DNA from: Octopus bimaculoides
Lineage: Eukaryota
Direction: 5' to 3'
NCBI RefSeq assembly: GCF_001194135.2
Contig: NC_069007.1
Coordinates: forward strand, 21,079,249 to 21,143,248
Length of the DNA: 64,000 nt
The translations under genes and the position numbers were made by a program. The notes below the pieces were generated by a model. It was not told the origin of the DNA. It worked only from the letters and a program-made list of their open reading frames with translations, and did no database searches. This document shows, one piece after another, positions 1 through 12,105 of this stretch. The stretch's first letter is position 1; each line of letters opens with the position of its first letter.

Positions 1-402
1 ATGGCATACTCTTTTATTATTTTGCTTTGATTTAGCAAAATCGTAGGGGGTCCCACTCGGTCTGAACCCGTTCCTAGTCACGGCAGGATTATCTATGATA
101 AAAGTCCTGCTATGAGTTGACCTGGGGCTAAATGACAAGAACAACAACGGAACATAAAAGTATATACAAACCCATAAGAGAACTGCTAGAAACAGCAGCT
201 AAAAATGTGACAGGGTAGTCACGGTTGAGACACTATTGTCTGTAGGTTTAATCAAGGAGGCTTCGCTTCGACTTTACACATCGATATGAAATAACAAATA
301 TTGATATTGGGAAATTAATAAGAGGAAACGGTGTACGCAGTGTCGAGAAAGGATGGATCTGATTGGTTAAAATTAGAAAACATTTCGTTTTTCTTTAACC
401 AT
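1..402 (+). repeat. Long inverted-repeat arm (variant X) of a foldback-like element
   Basis: Near-identical to 2348-2749 (+). Positions 1-208 are the reverse complement of 3516-3723. Confidence 0.85.
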
Positions 403-719
403 TGCCTGCCAAAAACTTTAAGGGGTGCGCTTGCACGCCCCAGTTCCTGAACTTAGGGCTTCTTTCAATTTCCGTGTGTATGGAAGCATGTATGCATATA
501 TGTGCACGTGTAATTTTGTTGTTTCTAAGTAGAGTAATTACGTCAATATTATTAACACACGCACTGGTTCAATTCTACTCCTTTATTATAAGTTAATTGG
601 TTAAATACCCAACTAACCAATCGATTGTTTGTTTAATTTGGTTAAACAGTAAGTCGTTTGTTTTGTGTTTGTCTGTCAAAGCACTTTCACTGTTGCTCCC
701 AAACCTTTTAGTGACTCTC

Positions 720-868
720 CTTAGATATAACAAAATTTGTTTCAACACACGAATTCACAAAAGAATCGTGAAAACCAGATACAAATACGACGCACATGGA
801 ATGGTTAAAGAAAAACAGAATGTTTTCTAATTTTAACCAATCAGATCCATCCTTTCTCGACACTGCGT
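720..868 (-). repeat. Inverted-repeat arm (variant Y), cut by a gap
   Basis: Reverse complement of 2682-2830; also pairs with 330-402. Confidence 0.85.
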
Positions 869-969
869 NNNNNNNNNNNNNNNNNNNNNNNNNNNNNNNN
901 NNNNNNNNNNNNNNNNNNNNNNNNNNNNNNNNNNNNNNNNNNNNNNNNNNNNNNNNNNNNNNNNNNNNG

Positions 970-1145
970 ATGTGTATTTCTTTCCTGTATGGTTTGTGGG
1001 TCTTTAAGCTTCTACAGATATCACAATGATAAAATTGTCCTTCTGTATGAATATGCTTTCTCTGAGAGACTGATATTTTTACAGATATTACAGTCACATG
1101 ATTTCCATCACTTATTTGACAACTCTTCAAGAGAAAAATAAATCA
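970..1145 (-). pseudogene. Decayed 5' end of a C2H2-ZNF gene
   Basis: The minus strand has the family start context aaggattgattt..ttgaagag, but with TTG instead of ATG, a stop and frameshifts; HTEGQFYHCDIC is retained. Confidence 0.75.
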
Positions 1146-1416
1146 ATCCTTTATCTTCTATACATCATTAGCTTTCAATAATTTTTCTTTTTTACCAAAA
1201 TATATATCTTCTAATTTAGTTGTTATAAATTATTCTTCATAAATATTCCTGCAGCTATATTTCCATCAACTGTAATCTCTGCTGTCATTTGGAAATATTG
1301 CAATCTCCTTTGTAAATCGAATCCAAGTTTATTTAGAATGCAAGATTGTCTCGTACGTGTTCCAGAGAACAAACACAGAGAAATGGTGTTTATAATCTCA
1401 CCCAATAGGAAATATT

Positions 1417-1623
1417 TTACCTCAGTTTCCTATTAAACGCGGTTATATCAATTCTGTATAAAATCTTCCTATGGTCTTTAAAAGATGATGAATATACTGG
1501 TGATGTTTCTGTTGTAACAATTCTATTATTCCATTATTCTGAAATAACAGAAATAATATAAGATAGAGAATACATTTAAACTGTAGAAATGGCAACAAGG
1601 AATATTTCCTACATTTCTGTATT
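1417..1623 (-). repeat. Inverted duplicate of 4245-4452
   Basis: Appears to be an exact reverse complement; both copies abut gaps. Confidence 0.9.
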
Positions 1624-2283
1624 NNNNNNNNNNNNNNNNNNNNNNNNNNNNNNNNNNNNNNNNNNNNNNNNNNNNNNNNNNNNNNNNNNNNNNNNNNNNN
1701 NNNNNNNNNNNNNNNNNNNNNNNNNNNNNNNNNNNNNNNNNNNNNNNNNNNNNNNNNNNNNNNNNNNNNNNNNNNNNNNNNNNNNNNNNNNNNNNNNNNN
1801 NNNNNNNNNNNNNNNNNNNNNNNNNNNNNNNNNNNNNNNNNNNNNNNNNNNNNNNNNNNNNNNNNNNNNNNNNNNNNNNNNNNNNNNNNNNNNNNNNNNN
1901 NNNNNNNNNNNNNNNNNNNNNNNNNNNNNNNNNNNNNNNNNNNNNNNNNNNNNNNNNNNNNNNNNNNNNNNNNNNNNNNNNNNNNNNNNNNNNNNNNNNN
2001 NNNNNNNNNNNNNNNNNNNNNNNNNNNNNNNNNNNNNNNNNNNNNNNNNNNNNNNNNNNNNNNNNNNNNNNNNNNNNNNNNNNNNNNNNNNNNNNNNNNN
2101 NNNNNNNNNNNNNNNNNNNNNNNNNNNNNNNNNNNNNNNNNNNNNNNNNNNNNNNNNNNNNNNNNNNNNNNNNNNNNNNNNNNNNNNNNNNNNNNNNNNN
2201 NNNNNNNNNNNNNNNNNNNNNNNNNNNNNNNNNNNNNNNNNNNNNNNNNNNNNNNNNNNNNNNNNNNNNNNNNNNNNNNNNNN

Positions 2284-3783
2284 TTAGTCTTAACTGAGTC
2301 CCTTTGAATTTATCGAGGGCTTTTTAAACTTTGTAACCCTAGATTTTATGGCATACTCTTTTATTATTTTGCTTTGAACTAGCAAAATCGTAGGGGGTCC
2401 CACTCGGTCTGAACCCGTTCCTAGTCACGGCAGGATTATCTATGATAAAAGTTGTGCTATGAGTTGACCTGGGGCTAAATGACAAGAACAACAACGGAAC
2501 ATAAAAGTATATACAAACCCATAAGAGAACTGCTAGAAACAGCAGCTAAAAATGTGACAGGGTAGTCACGGTTGAGACACTATTGTCTGTAGGTTTAATC
2601 AAGGAGGCTTCGCTTCGACTTTACACATCGATATGAAATAACAAATATTGATATTGGGAAATTAATAAGAGGAAACGGTGTACGCAGTGTCGAGAAAGGA
2701 TGGATCTGATTGGTTAAAATTAGAAAACATTCTGTTTTTCTTTAACCATTCCATGTGCGTCGTATTTGTATCTGGTTTTCACGATTCTTTTGTGAATTCG
2801 TGTGTTGAAACAAATTTTGTTATATCTAAGNNNNNNNNNNNNNNNNNNNNNNNNNNNNNNNNNNNNNNNNNNNNNNNNNNNNNNNNNNNNNNNNNNNNNN
2901 NNNNNNNNNNNNNNNNNNNNNNNNNNNNNNNNNNNNNNNNNNNNNNNNNNNNNNNNNNNNNNNNNNNNNNNNNNNNNNNNNNNNNNNNNNNNNNNNNNNN
3001 NNNNNNNNNNNNNNNNNNNNNNNNNNNNNNNNNNNNNNNNNNNNNNNNNNNNNNNNNNNNNNNNNNNNNNNNNNNNNNNNNNNNNNNNNNNNNNNNNNNN
3101 NNNNNNNNNNNNNNNNNNNNNNNNNNNNNNNNNNNNNNNNNNNNNNNNNNNNNNNNNNNNNNNNNNNNNNNNNNNNNNNNNNNNNNNNNNNNNNNNNNNN
3201 NNNNNNNNNNNNNNNNNNNNNNNNNNNNNNNNNNNNNNNNNNNNNNNNNNNNNNNNNNNNNNNNNNNNNNNNNNNNNNNNNNNNNNNNNNNNNNNNNNNN
3301 NNNNNNNNNNNNNNNNNNNNNNNNNNNNNNNNNNNNNNNNNNNNNNNNNNNNNNNNNNNNNNNNNNNNNNNNNNNNNNNNNNNNNNNNNNNNNNNNNNNN
3401 NNNNNNNNNNNNNNNNNNNNNNNNNNNNNNNNNNNNNNNNNNNNNNNNNNNNNNNNNNNNNNNNNNNNNNNNNNNNNNNNNNNNNNNNNNNNNNNNNNNN
3501 NNNNNNNNNNNNNNNNTTTTTAGCTGCTGTTTCTAGCAGTTCTCTTATGGGTTTGTATATACTTTTATGTTCCGTTGTTGTTCTTGTCATTTAGCCCCAG
3601 GTCAACTCATAGCAGGACTTTTATCATAGATAATCCTGCCGTGACTAGGAACGGGTTCAGACCGAGTGGGACCCCCTACGATTTTGCTAAATCAAAGCAA
3701 AATAATAAAAGAGTATGCCATAAAATCTAGGGTTACAGAGTTTAAAAAGCCCTCGATAAATTCAAAGGGACTCAGTTAAGACT
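2284..3783. mobile_element. Foldback/MITE-like element with long imperfect TIRs (centre in gap)
   Basis: 2284-2555 and 3516-3783 are reverse complements with a few mismatches. Ends and TSD are not resolved. Confidence 0.5.
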
Positions 3784-3904
3784 AATGGCTTTTTAAATCT
3801 AAAATGGTCCATTAAATTAACAGAAGGTTCAATAATTTTAAAAGAATTTTTTAATTAAAAAATTGCCAGGTTTAGAAAAAAATACAAATTAATTTACTGT
3901 AACC

Positions 3905-4157
3905 ATGGTTACGGGTTCAGTTCCCACCTTGGGCATGTGTCTTCTATAGCCTCGGGCTACACAAAGCCTTGTGAGAGGATTTGGTAGACGGAAACTGAAA
4001 GAAACCCTTTGTATATAAATATGTGTGTGTGTGTGTGTGTGTCCAGTCACTGCTTGGAAGCTGGTGTTGTGTTTATGTTTCCGTAAGGTAGCGGTTCGAC
4101 AAAAGTGACCGATAGAATAAGTACCAGGCTTAAATGACTGAAACAAGTAAAAGAGTA
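3905..4157 (+). mobile_element. SINE fragment
   Basis: B-box-like ggttcagttccc, internal (GT)n, and tail gactgaaacaagtaaaagagt (the tail recurs at ~9783). Resembles abundant octopus SINEs from recall. Confidence 0.6.
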
Positions 4158-5058
4158 ATATGTATACAAGTTAGATATGGCATATGAGGGGACAGATTAG
4201 ATGAGATTAATTTTTCAAATAAAGTTTTGCATCAATAATTTATCAATACAGAAATGTAGGAAATATTCCTTGTTGCCATTTCTACAGTTTAAATGTATTC
4301 TCTATCTTATATTATTTCTGTTATTTCAGAATAATGGAATAATAGAATTGTTACAACAGAAACATCACCAGTATATTCATCATCTTTTAAAGACCATAGG
4401 AAGATTTTATACAGAATTGATATAACCGCGTTTAATAGGAAACTGAGGTAANNNNNNNNNNNNNNNNNNNNNNNNNNNNNNNNNNNNNNNNNNNNNNNNN
4501 NNNNNNNNNNNNNNNNNNNNNNNNNNNNNNNNNNNNNNNNNNNNNNNNNNNNNNNNNNNNNNNNNNNNNNNNNNNNNNNNNNNNNNNNNNNNNNNNNNNN
4601 NNNNNNNNNNNNNNNNNNNNNNNNNNNNNNNNNNNNNNNNNNNNNNNNNNNNNNNNNNNNNNNNNNNNNNNNNNNNNNNNNNNNNNNNNNNNNNNNNNNN
4701 NNNNNNNNNNNNNNNNNNNNNNNNNNNNNNNNNNNNNNNNNNNNNNNNNNNNNNNNNNNNNNNNNNNNNNNNNNNNNNNNNNNNNNNNNNNNNNNNNNNN
4801 NNNNNNNNNNNNNNNNNNNNNNNNNNNNNNNNNNNNNNNNNNNNNNNNNNNNNNNNNNNNNNNNNNNNNNNNNNNNNNNNNNNNNNNNNNNNNNNNNNNN
4901 NNNNNNNNNNNNNNNNNNNNNNNNNNNNNNNNNNNNNNNNNNNNNNNNNNNNNNNNNNNNNNNNNNNNNNNNNNNNNNNNNNNNNNNNNNNNNNNNNNNN
5001 NNNNNNNNNNNNNNNNNNNNNNNNNNNNNNNNNNNNNNNNNNNNNNNNNNNNNNNNNA

Positions 5059-6416
5059 AAGCCATATCAATGTGATATCTGTGATAAATCATTCTCTCAT
5101 GGAAGTACTTTAACTAAACACAAACGTATTCATACAGGAGAAAAGCCATATCAGTGTGGTACCTGTGGCCGATCGTTCTCTCAAAATCATAACTTAACCA
5201 CGCATAAACGCATTCATACAGGTGAGAAACCATTTCACTGTGATATCTGTGGTGAGTCATTCACTCAGAGCCATCATTTAATTACACACAAATATGTTCA
5301 TACAGGAGAAAAGCCATATCAATGTGATATCTGTGGTAAATCATTCTCTCAAAGTTGTGAATTAACTAAACACAAATGTATTCACACAGGAGAGAAACCA
5401 TATCAATGTGATATCTGTGGTAAATCATTCTCTCAAACATCTGGTTTAACTAATCACAAACGTATTCATACAGGTGAGAAACCATTTCACTGTGATATCT
5501 GTGGTGAGTCATTCACTCAGAGCCATCATTTAATTACACACAAATATGTTCATACTGGAGAAAAGCCATATCAATGTGATATCTGTGGTAAATCATTCTC
5601 TGTTGGCAGTACTTTAACTAAACACAAACGTATTCATACAGGAGAGAAGCCATATCAGTGTGGTACCTGTGGCCAATCGTTCTCTCAAAATCATAACTTA
5701 ATTACTCACAAGCGCATTCATACAGGAGAAAAACCATATCGATGTGATATTTGTGGTAAATCTTTCTCTTATACTAGTGATGTAACTAAACATAAACGTA
5801 TTCATACAGGAGAGAAACCATATCAGTGTGATATCTGTGGTGAATCATTCACGCAGAATCAAAACCTAACTAGTCACAATCGTATTCATACAGNNNNNNN
5901 NNNACAGGAGAGAAACCATATCAGTGTGATATCTGTGGTGAATCATTCACGCAGAATCAAAACCTAACTAGTCACAATCGTATTCATACAGGAGAGAAAC
6001 CATATCAATGTGAAATCTGTGGCCGATCATTCTCTCGGAATCAGCACTTATCTAACCACAAACGTATTCATACAGGAGACAAACCATATCACTGTGATAT
6101 CTGTGGTAAATCATTCTCAAGAAATCATCATTTAACTGCTCACAAACGTATTCATACAGGAGAGAAACCATATCAATGTGATATCTGTGGTGAATCATTC
6201 ACTCAGAATCAAAACCTAACTAGTCACAAACGTATTCAGACAGGAGACAAACCATATCACTGTGATATCTGTGATAGATCATTTTCTCAGAACCATCACT
6301 TATCTAATCACAAATGCATCCATACAGAGGAAAAAGAAAGTCAATGTGATATCTGCAGAGAATCATTCTCTCAAAGTGCTGAGTTAATTTCCCATAAATG
6401 CATCCATTCAGCATAG
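5059..6416 (+). CDS. C2H2 zinc-finger array protein, 5'-partial, ~15-16 fingers
   Basis: Open frame [25 protein letters not shown]...HKCIHSA* (TAG at 6414-6416). Absent from the ORF track because it has no Met. A 10-N gap at 5894-5903 is flanked by the same finger twice. Confidence 0.85.
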
Positions 6417-7234
6417 AAACTACATCACTACATTATCTGTAGTAAATCATTCTCCCAAATCATCAACTGTCTTATAAGTTTATTGTATAATGTGCTCATT
6501 GGAAAAAGTTAAAAGGGGAAATAGAAAGCAGACATATAAGTGCAGTAAAGACAGCAATGAAGGCTCAAANNNNNNNNNNNNNNNNNNNNNNNNNNNNNNN
6601 NNNNNNNNNNNNNNNNNNNNNNNNNNNNNNNNNNNNNNNNNNNNNNNNNNNNNNNNNNNNNNNNNNNNNNNNNNNNNNNNNNNNNNNNNNNNNNNNNNNN
6701 NNNNNNNNNNNNNNNNNNNNNNNNNNNNNNNNNNNNNNNNNNNNNNNNNNNNNNNNNNNNNNNNNNNNNNNNNNNNNNNNNNNNNNNNNNNNNNNNNNNN
6801 NNNNNNNNNNNNNNNNNNNNNNNNNNNNNNNNNNNNNNNAGAAATGCATGCAGGAATAGAGGGACAAAGAGGAAAGAGAGGAATAGGAACATCAGGAATA
6901 GTGATGGTGTATTTGGGGAAACCTGAAATTTTTGAAGGTTGCAGTCAACACATAGTTCATTCCCCGCTTCACTAATTGAGCACATGAACAAATATTTCTG
7001 AAAGCCATGGGTGCTGCACTGTTTTTTTTTTATTATTATTTTATAAGCATGTCCATGGCTAGTTGAGGTATGGACTTCAAAAAAGTGACCAACGTTGCTG
7101 GAAGGATGGCAGATAATCTAGCAGAGTTCAATCAAATCAGACATTTGACATCAAAACTAGTGTATCAATGCTGAGAGAGATATAATAAGTGATGGACAGA
7201 TGGTACTTGTTTGGCTACACATCTCTGGACTCTA

Positions 7235-7490
7235 TTATACATTCCAAAATGTATAATAGTGCCATTGTCTACCTGCCGACTTGTGTTGCCAGTCAGCAAT
7301 CAATTGCTGCATTTTATCCAGTTCAAATTAAGGGAAAGATCTGTAGGGTACTGGATCTATTCTTGTATCTTAAGGTACATCTTCATGTTGTCTACATGTT
7401 GTACCACACTAACATGTTTCTGTTTGGCATCTGTTTCATTAATGTAAGCAACAAGGGACCAAGAACAGATCCCTGTGGCAGATTTAATGG
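7235..7490 (-). mobile_element. CR1/L2-clade LINE reverse transcriptase remnant
   Basis: LPQGSVLGPL.. then (frameshift) YINE...HVDNMKMY...IIHFG, matching the PQGSVLGP / YADD regions of non-LTR RT; stops present. Confidence 0.7.
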
Positions 7491-7544
7491 CATTGCATAA
7501 GGTGCAGAATGACTTCTTCTTTTCAACAAAGTCTCTCAAAAATC

Positions 7545-7620
7545 ATTTTTTCACTGGGCACCAACGTATTCACACAGAAGAGAAACCTTTTATTATAAGT
7601 GAAGTGTGTAATATTCTGTG
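7545..7620 (+). pseudogene. Single-finger relic
   Basis: [11 protein letters not shown] linker motif with no intact CxxC. Confidence 0.45.
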
Positions 7621-7819
7621 TGAACTGCCACAATCATTTGTCTTCACTTTTGTAAGTACCAAAATCTTGAATGGTAACCTCATCATTCTTTGTATATATT
7701 TATAATGTGAAATCTAAATAAAGCTGTTTTACTCTTTTAAGTATTCTTCTATCTTTTCGTATGTACAACATCTAACCAAACCTTGCATTGACCCAATCAT
7801 AAACTAAACAATTCATAGA

Positions 7820-8419
7820 CACAATGATGAATACCAAAGTGATATCCATTTGTTCCATATGGAAAAAGTAACAGATACTGTAGAGCATTGTAGGAGTGGT
7901 TTTTATCACTTACGCGTTGAATGGAACAATCTCTCCACTTTATAATTATATCCCATTTTCCAGTTTGTTCACCTGCTAAAATTATAGCTATCACATTAAT
8001 CTCTGATGCACCAAAATGCTTTGAATGCTCAGCTGGGGGCATTCCATCAGAATTGATCACCAATTGAAAATTTCTGCTTTCTGTATTATCAAGGGTACAT
8101 TTGAAACTCCTGATATAATTATTATTGTTATGAAGCATTTGTTGAAGTTGTTGTGTTATGTCAAAGTGAAGTCCTTCATGAGGATTACACCTTATTTCAG
8201 CTTGCTTTTGCATGTTGTTAATGAAATAAACTTGCAAAAATTTATGGTCTTCATTTTCTAGTGGTAAAATGCTTCCGATTCGATGATATACTTGACCTTG
8301 GGTTTTGAATGTGGATATAAACCCTCTGTCATTCACAGTATTTGTTCCAAATAAAGTCGTTTGGAAAGCATTACTATATTGTTGTATTTTCTGTAGAAAA
8401 TGCTCTGAATGGGTGGGGG
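7820..8419 (-). mobile_element. Helitron RepHel N-terminal region remnant
   Basis: HFLQKIQQYSNAF..TFKTQGQVYHRIGSILP..KFLQVYF..QQLQQMLHNNNNYIRSFK..SYNALQYLLLFPYG are characteristic of the Helitron segment upstream of Rep. Confidence 0.85.
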
Positions 8420-8627
8420 NNNNNNNNNNNNNNNNNNNNNNNNNNNNNNNNNNNNNNNNNNNNNNNNNNNNNNNNNNNNNNNNNNNNNNNNNNNNNNNNN
8501 NNNNNNNNNNNNNNNNNNNNNNNNNNNNNNNNNNNNNNNNNNNNNNNNNNNNNNNNNNNNNNNNNNNNNNNNNNNNNNNNNNNNNNNNNNNNNNNNNNNN
8601 GGAAAGAAAGGTAGCGCAATTTCCCTC

Positions 8628-8773
8628 CTCCTCATCATCATCGTTTAACGTCCGCTTTCCATGCTGGCATGGGTTGGATGATTTGACTGAGGACTGGTGA
8701 AACCAGATGGCTACACCAGGCTCCAATCTGATTTGGCAGAGTTTCTACAGCCAAATCAGATTGGAGCCTGGTG
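8628..8773 (-). mobile_element. RTE LINE 3' UTR fragment with foldback end
   Basis: Reverse complement of ...cccatgctagcatggaaagcggacgttaaacgatgatg; ends in a 24-bp inverted repeat. Confidence 0.75.
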
Positions 8774-8991
8774 CAGGTGGTTCATTTAACCATTTTTTAC
8801 CACCACAGTAATAGCATTGGAGAGACATTGAGTCAATTTCAGATAGCTTCCGCTATCTGGGCGACCAAGTTAGTAGTGGGGGTGGGTGCACNNNNNNNNN
8901 NNNNNNNNNNNNNNNNNNNNNNNNNNNNNNNNNNNNNNNNNNNNNNNNNNNNNNNNNNNNNNNNNNNNNNNNNNNNNNNNNNNNNNNNNNN

Positions 8992-9035
8992 TAGCATGGA
9001 AAGCGGACGTTAAACGATGATGATGATGATGATGC
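8992..9035 (+). mobile_element. RTE 3' tail with (GAT)n
   Basis: tagcatggaaagcggacgttaaacgatgatgatg. Confidence 0.7.
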
Positions 9036-9629
9036 TGATTGGTTTTGTAATCGAAAGCAGCAACACTCCATTGCTGACCTGACTTACCTTTGTGATGCCT
9101 AATTCGGACCTTTACATGTCTATTTGCTTTTTTTTTGTGCTGTTTCTTGCTTACAATGTTATGCTATAACTGGTATGTGATGAATGAAGATGGTCTCACG
9201 TTTATCACAACCAGTGAGAATATTTGCTTCAATGCAGTTCATTATAGGTTTGTGCACAATTAGTGTTGCCTTCCTTGAACCATTTACTTTCATTTTATGG
9301 GACAAACAAACACACAGACAGACAGAATCTCTCTTTTGTATATACAGATATATAAAAGTTCAAGATTCAAATGAATCAGGTGCTTAAATAGTAAAGCACT
9401 GGGTTGTGTCAAAAACAAAATTGTATCCATGTATGCTACAAAATCAGAGTAACAAATACCAACATACTGAAGTACAGACAGATTATTATTCCAGTTGTAT
9501 ATACAACTGCACCTGACTGAGTATGCTATGAGTCTCAAGGCTGTAGGAACATACATTGCAGCAATTGTACTGCACTTGATAGGCTCCAGAACCATGCTAA
9601 TAGCAGGTTCTGAGTAAGGTAGATAATAA

Positions 9630-10125
9630 ATAAACAGCCAGAAAAGGATTTACCACAGATATCACAGGGAAATGGTTTCTTCTCTGTATGTGTTTGTGGC
9701 TAGTTAATTGATATCTGTAAGAGAACAATTTACTACAGATATCACAGAGATACTGTCTCTCTCCAGTATGAATGCATTTGTGACACTGAAACAAGTAAAA
9801 GAGTAAATATAAATAAAATGGAAGCATACAAAAATAAACATTATTTTCCATCTTTTTGTTTCATTTTGAAAAATGAAAATTTATTTCATGATTTATTGTT
9901 GTTTGCATTTTGAATTATTTTTGTTTACATTTTGAACTGTTTATGTATACTTGAAGGCACCAAAACCTTTTAAGTGCTTAGGGCCTCTCTGGGCCTTAAT
10001 GCAGCCCTGCTGATATACTTCCCTTCTGTATGAATACGCTTGTATTGACTGAGTTTACCTTGTTCTGAGAATGACTTTTTGCAGATGTCACACTCATATG
10101 ATGATTTTCCTAATTCTTCCAACAT
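9630..10125 (-). pseudogene. C2H2-ZNF pseudogene interrupted by an insertion
   Basis: ATG at 10125 gives [36 protein letters not shown]. About 220 bp of unrelated DNA follows, then [20 protein letters not shown] with frameshifts. Confidence 0.8.
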
Positions 10126-10464
10126 CGCTTCAGGACAATACAAGGGACAAATGGGGTTGGGGACTTAACAAATGATATTACATGAATAAATATATTATAA
10201 TTTCGGATGAGAAATGAGAAGCAAAAAATGAACAGACATGGAATGGGTTTGACCCCACCAAACACATTCCTGCATTCCACCATTTTTCTTTGTCCTTTTG
10301 TTTTTACTCCACTTATGGACATACAAGCGAGGTTGTTCGTTTCCAGCCTTCCCTGAAAAACACAACTACTCATGCAAAAATATGACCTTGCTTGGAAACT
10401 GGTATGGGTCAATGAAAAAAGAGGCGTGTGGACACAGAAGATATGCTGTATAGAATTTTCTATG

Positions 10465-10580
10465 ACCCATACAAGCACGAAAGATCACGCCCAAATGGTG
10501 CTATTTACGTGCCCCCGGCACGCAGGCCAGACAGCTAGAGCTCTGGCAACGATCAGGCTCGGACGGTGCTCTTAGACATA
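10465..10580 (-). mobile_element. RTE 3' UTR proximal fragment
   Basis: Similar to 52502-52580 and 15950-16000 (gatcgttgccag...gcacgtaaatagcacc). Confidence 0.55.
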
Positions 10581-10675
10581 AAATAATGGTGATGCTGATG
10601 ATGATTGTAGTGAATTAGATCCTTTTCTGTTTGAATGCCTTAGTGTTGCAACAACTGAGCACTTGGAGAGAATGA

Positions 10676-10825
10676 TGATGATGATCATCATCATCGTTTA
10701 ACGTCTGCTTTCCATGCTAGCATGGGTTGGACGATTTGACTGAGGACTGGTGCAACCGGATGGCAACACCAAGCTCCAATCTGATTTGGCAGAGTTTCTA
10801 CAGCTGGATGCCCTTCCTAACGCCA
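10676..10825 (-). mobile_element. RTE 3' UTR/tail fragment
   Basis: Same family as 8628 and 15950; (ATC)n tail. Confidence 0.75.
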
Positions 10826-10887
10826 TGGTTTTATCTTTCACATCAATGTGACAGTTAACTCATTGTTCATTCATCATTTTGAAAGAA

Positions 10888-12105
10888 TTATTTAGGAGTG
10901 ATTTCAGATTTCTCTCTTGCATGAATACGTTTGTGTTTAGTTAAGCTGCTCCCAACTGAGAAGGATTTCCCACAGACATTACAGCGATGTGGCTTCTCTG
11001 CTGAATGAATACGTTTATGAACAGTTAAGTGATATTTTCTAGAGAATGATTTACCACAAATATCACAATATGGTTTCTCTCCTGTGTGTAAGCGTTTGTG
11101 GATAGCAAATTCATTATTTCGAGCAAATGATTTACCACAGGTATCACACAGATAAGGTTTCTCCCCTGTATGAATACGCTTGTGAATAGCCAAGCTATCT
11201 CGGTTAGACAATGATTTACTACAAATATCACACTGATACGGCTTCTCTCCTGTATGAACGCGTTTGTGACTAACTAAACATCGATTTTCATAGAATGATT
11301 TACCACAGATATCACAGTGATGTGGTTTCTCCCCTGTGTGAAGGCGTTTGTGTCGAGTTAACCTACTTCCATCAGAGAATGATTTACTACAGATATCACA
11401 ATAAAATGGTTTCTCCCCTGTATGAATACGTTTGTGAGTAGTTAAGCTAGACGCAGCAGAGAATGATTTACCACAGACATCACAGTGATATGGTTTCTCT
11501 CCTGAGTGAATAAGTTTGTGAGTAGTTAAGTTACTTGTAGCAGAGAATGATTTACCACAGATATCACAGTGATACGGTTTTTCTCCTGTATGTGTGCGTT
11601 TGTGTTTAGTTACGGTACTCCCTGTAGAGAATGATTTACCACAGATATCACAATGATATGGTTTCTCCCCAGTATGAATGCGTACATGAGTAGTTAAATC
11701 CCTATTTTGAGTGAATGATTTACCACAAGTATCACAATGATATGGTTTCTCTCCTGTATGAATATATTTGTGTATATTCAACTTATCTCTTCGAGAGAAT
11801 GATTGCCCACAGATATCACAGTGATATGGTTTCTCTCCTGTATGAATTCGCACGTGTTTAATTAAACTGCCTCCAAGAGAGAATGATTTTCCACAGATGT
11901 CACAGTGATATGGTTTCTCACCTGTGTGAATCCGTTTGTGACTCACTAAATCTGAATTTTGATAGAAGGATTTACCACACGTATCACAGTGATGTTGTTT
12001 CTCTCCTCTATGAAAGCGTTTGTGTTGGTTGAGTTTGCCTTCGTTTGAAAATGATGCTTTGCAGATGTCATAGTCATGTAATGATTTTCCTAATTCTTCC
12101 GACAT
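10888..12105 (-). CDS. C2H2 zinc-finger protein, 405 aa, 13 intact + 1 degenerate N-terminal finger
   Basis: CxxC-x12-HxxxH repeats with TGEKPY linkers; starts MSEELGKS. Confidence 0.95.
   Translation of the reverse strand: MSEELGKSLHDYDICKASFSNEGKLNQHKRFHRGEKQHHCDTCGKSFYQNSDLVSHKRIHTGEKPYHCDICGKSFSLGGSLIKHVRIHTGEKPYHCDICGQSFSRRDKLNIHKYIHTGEKPYHCDTCGKSFTQNRDLTTHVRIHTGEKPYHCDICGKSFSTGSTVTKHKRTHTGEKPYHCDICGKSFSATSNLTTHKLIHSGEKPYHCDVCGKSFSAASSLTTHKRIHTGEKPFYCDICSKSFSDGSRLTRHKRLHTGEKPHHCDICGKSFYENRCLVSHKRVHTGEKPYQCDICSKSLSNRDSLAIHKRIHTGEKPYLCDTCGKSFARNNEFAIHKRLHTGEKPYCDICGKSFSRKYHLTVHKRIHSAEKPHRCNVCGKSFSVGSSLTKHKRIHAREKSEITPK

Noticed and set aside
5904-5990. Apparent frameshift and tandem-identical finger
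   Set aside because: An exact repeat across a 10-N gap is most likely contig overlap.
10888-12105. CRISPR-like repeat-spacer array
   Set aside because: The period is 84 bp, in-frame and protein-coding in a eukaryotic context, with no cas genes.
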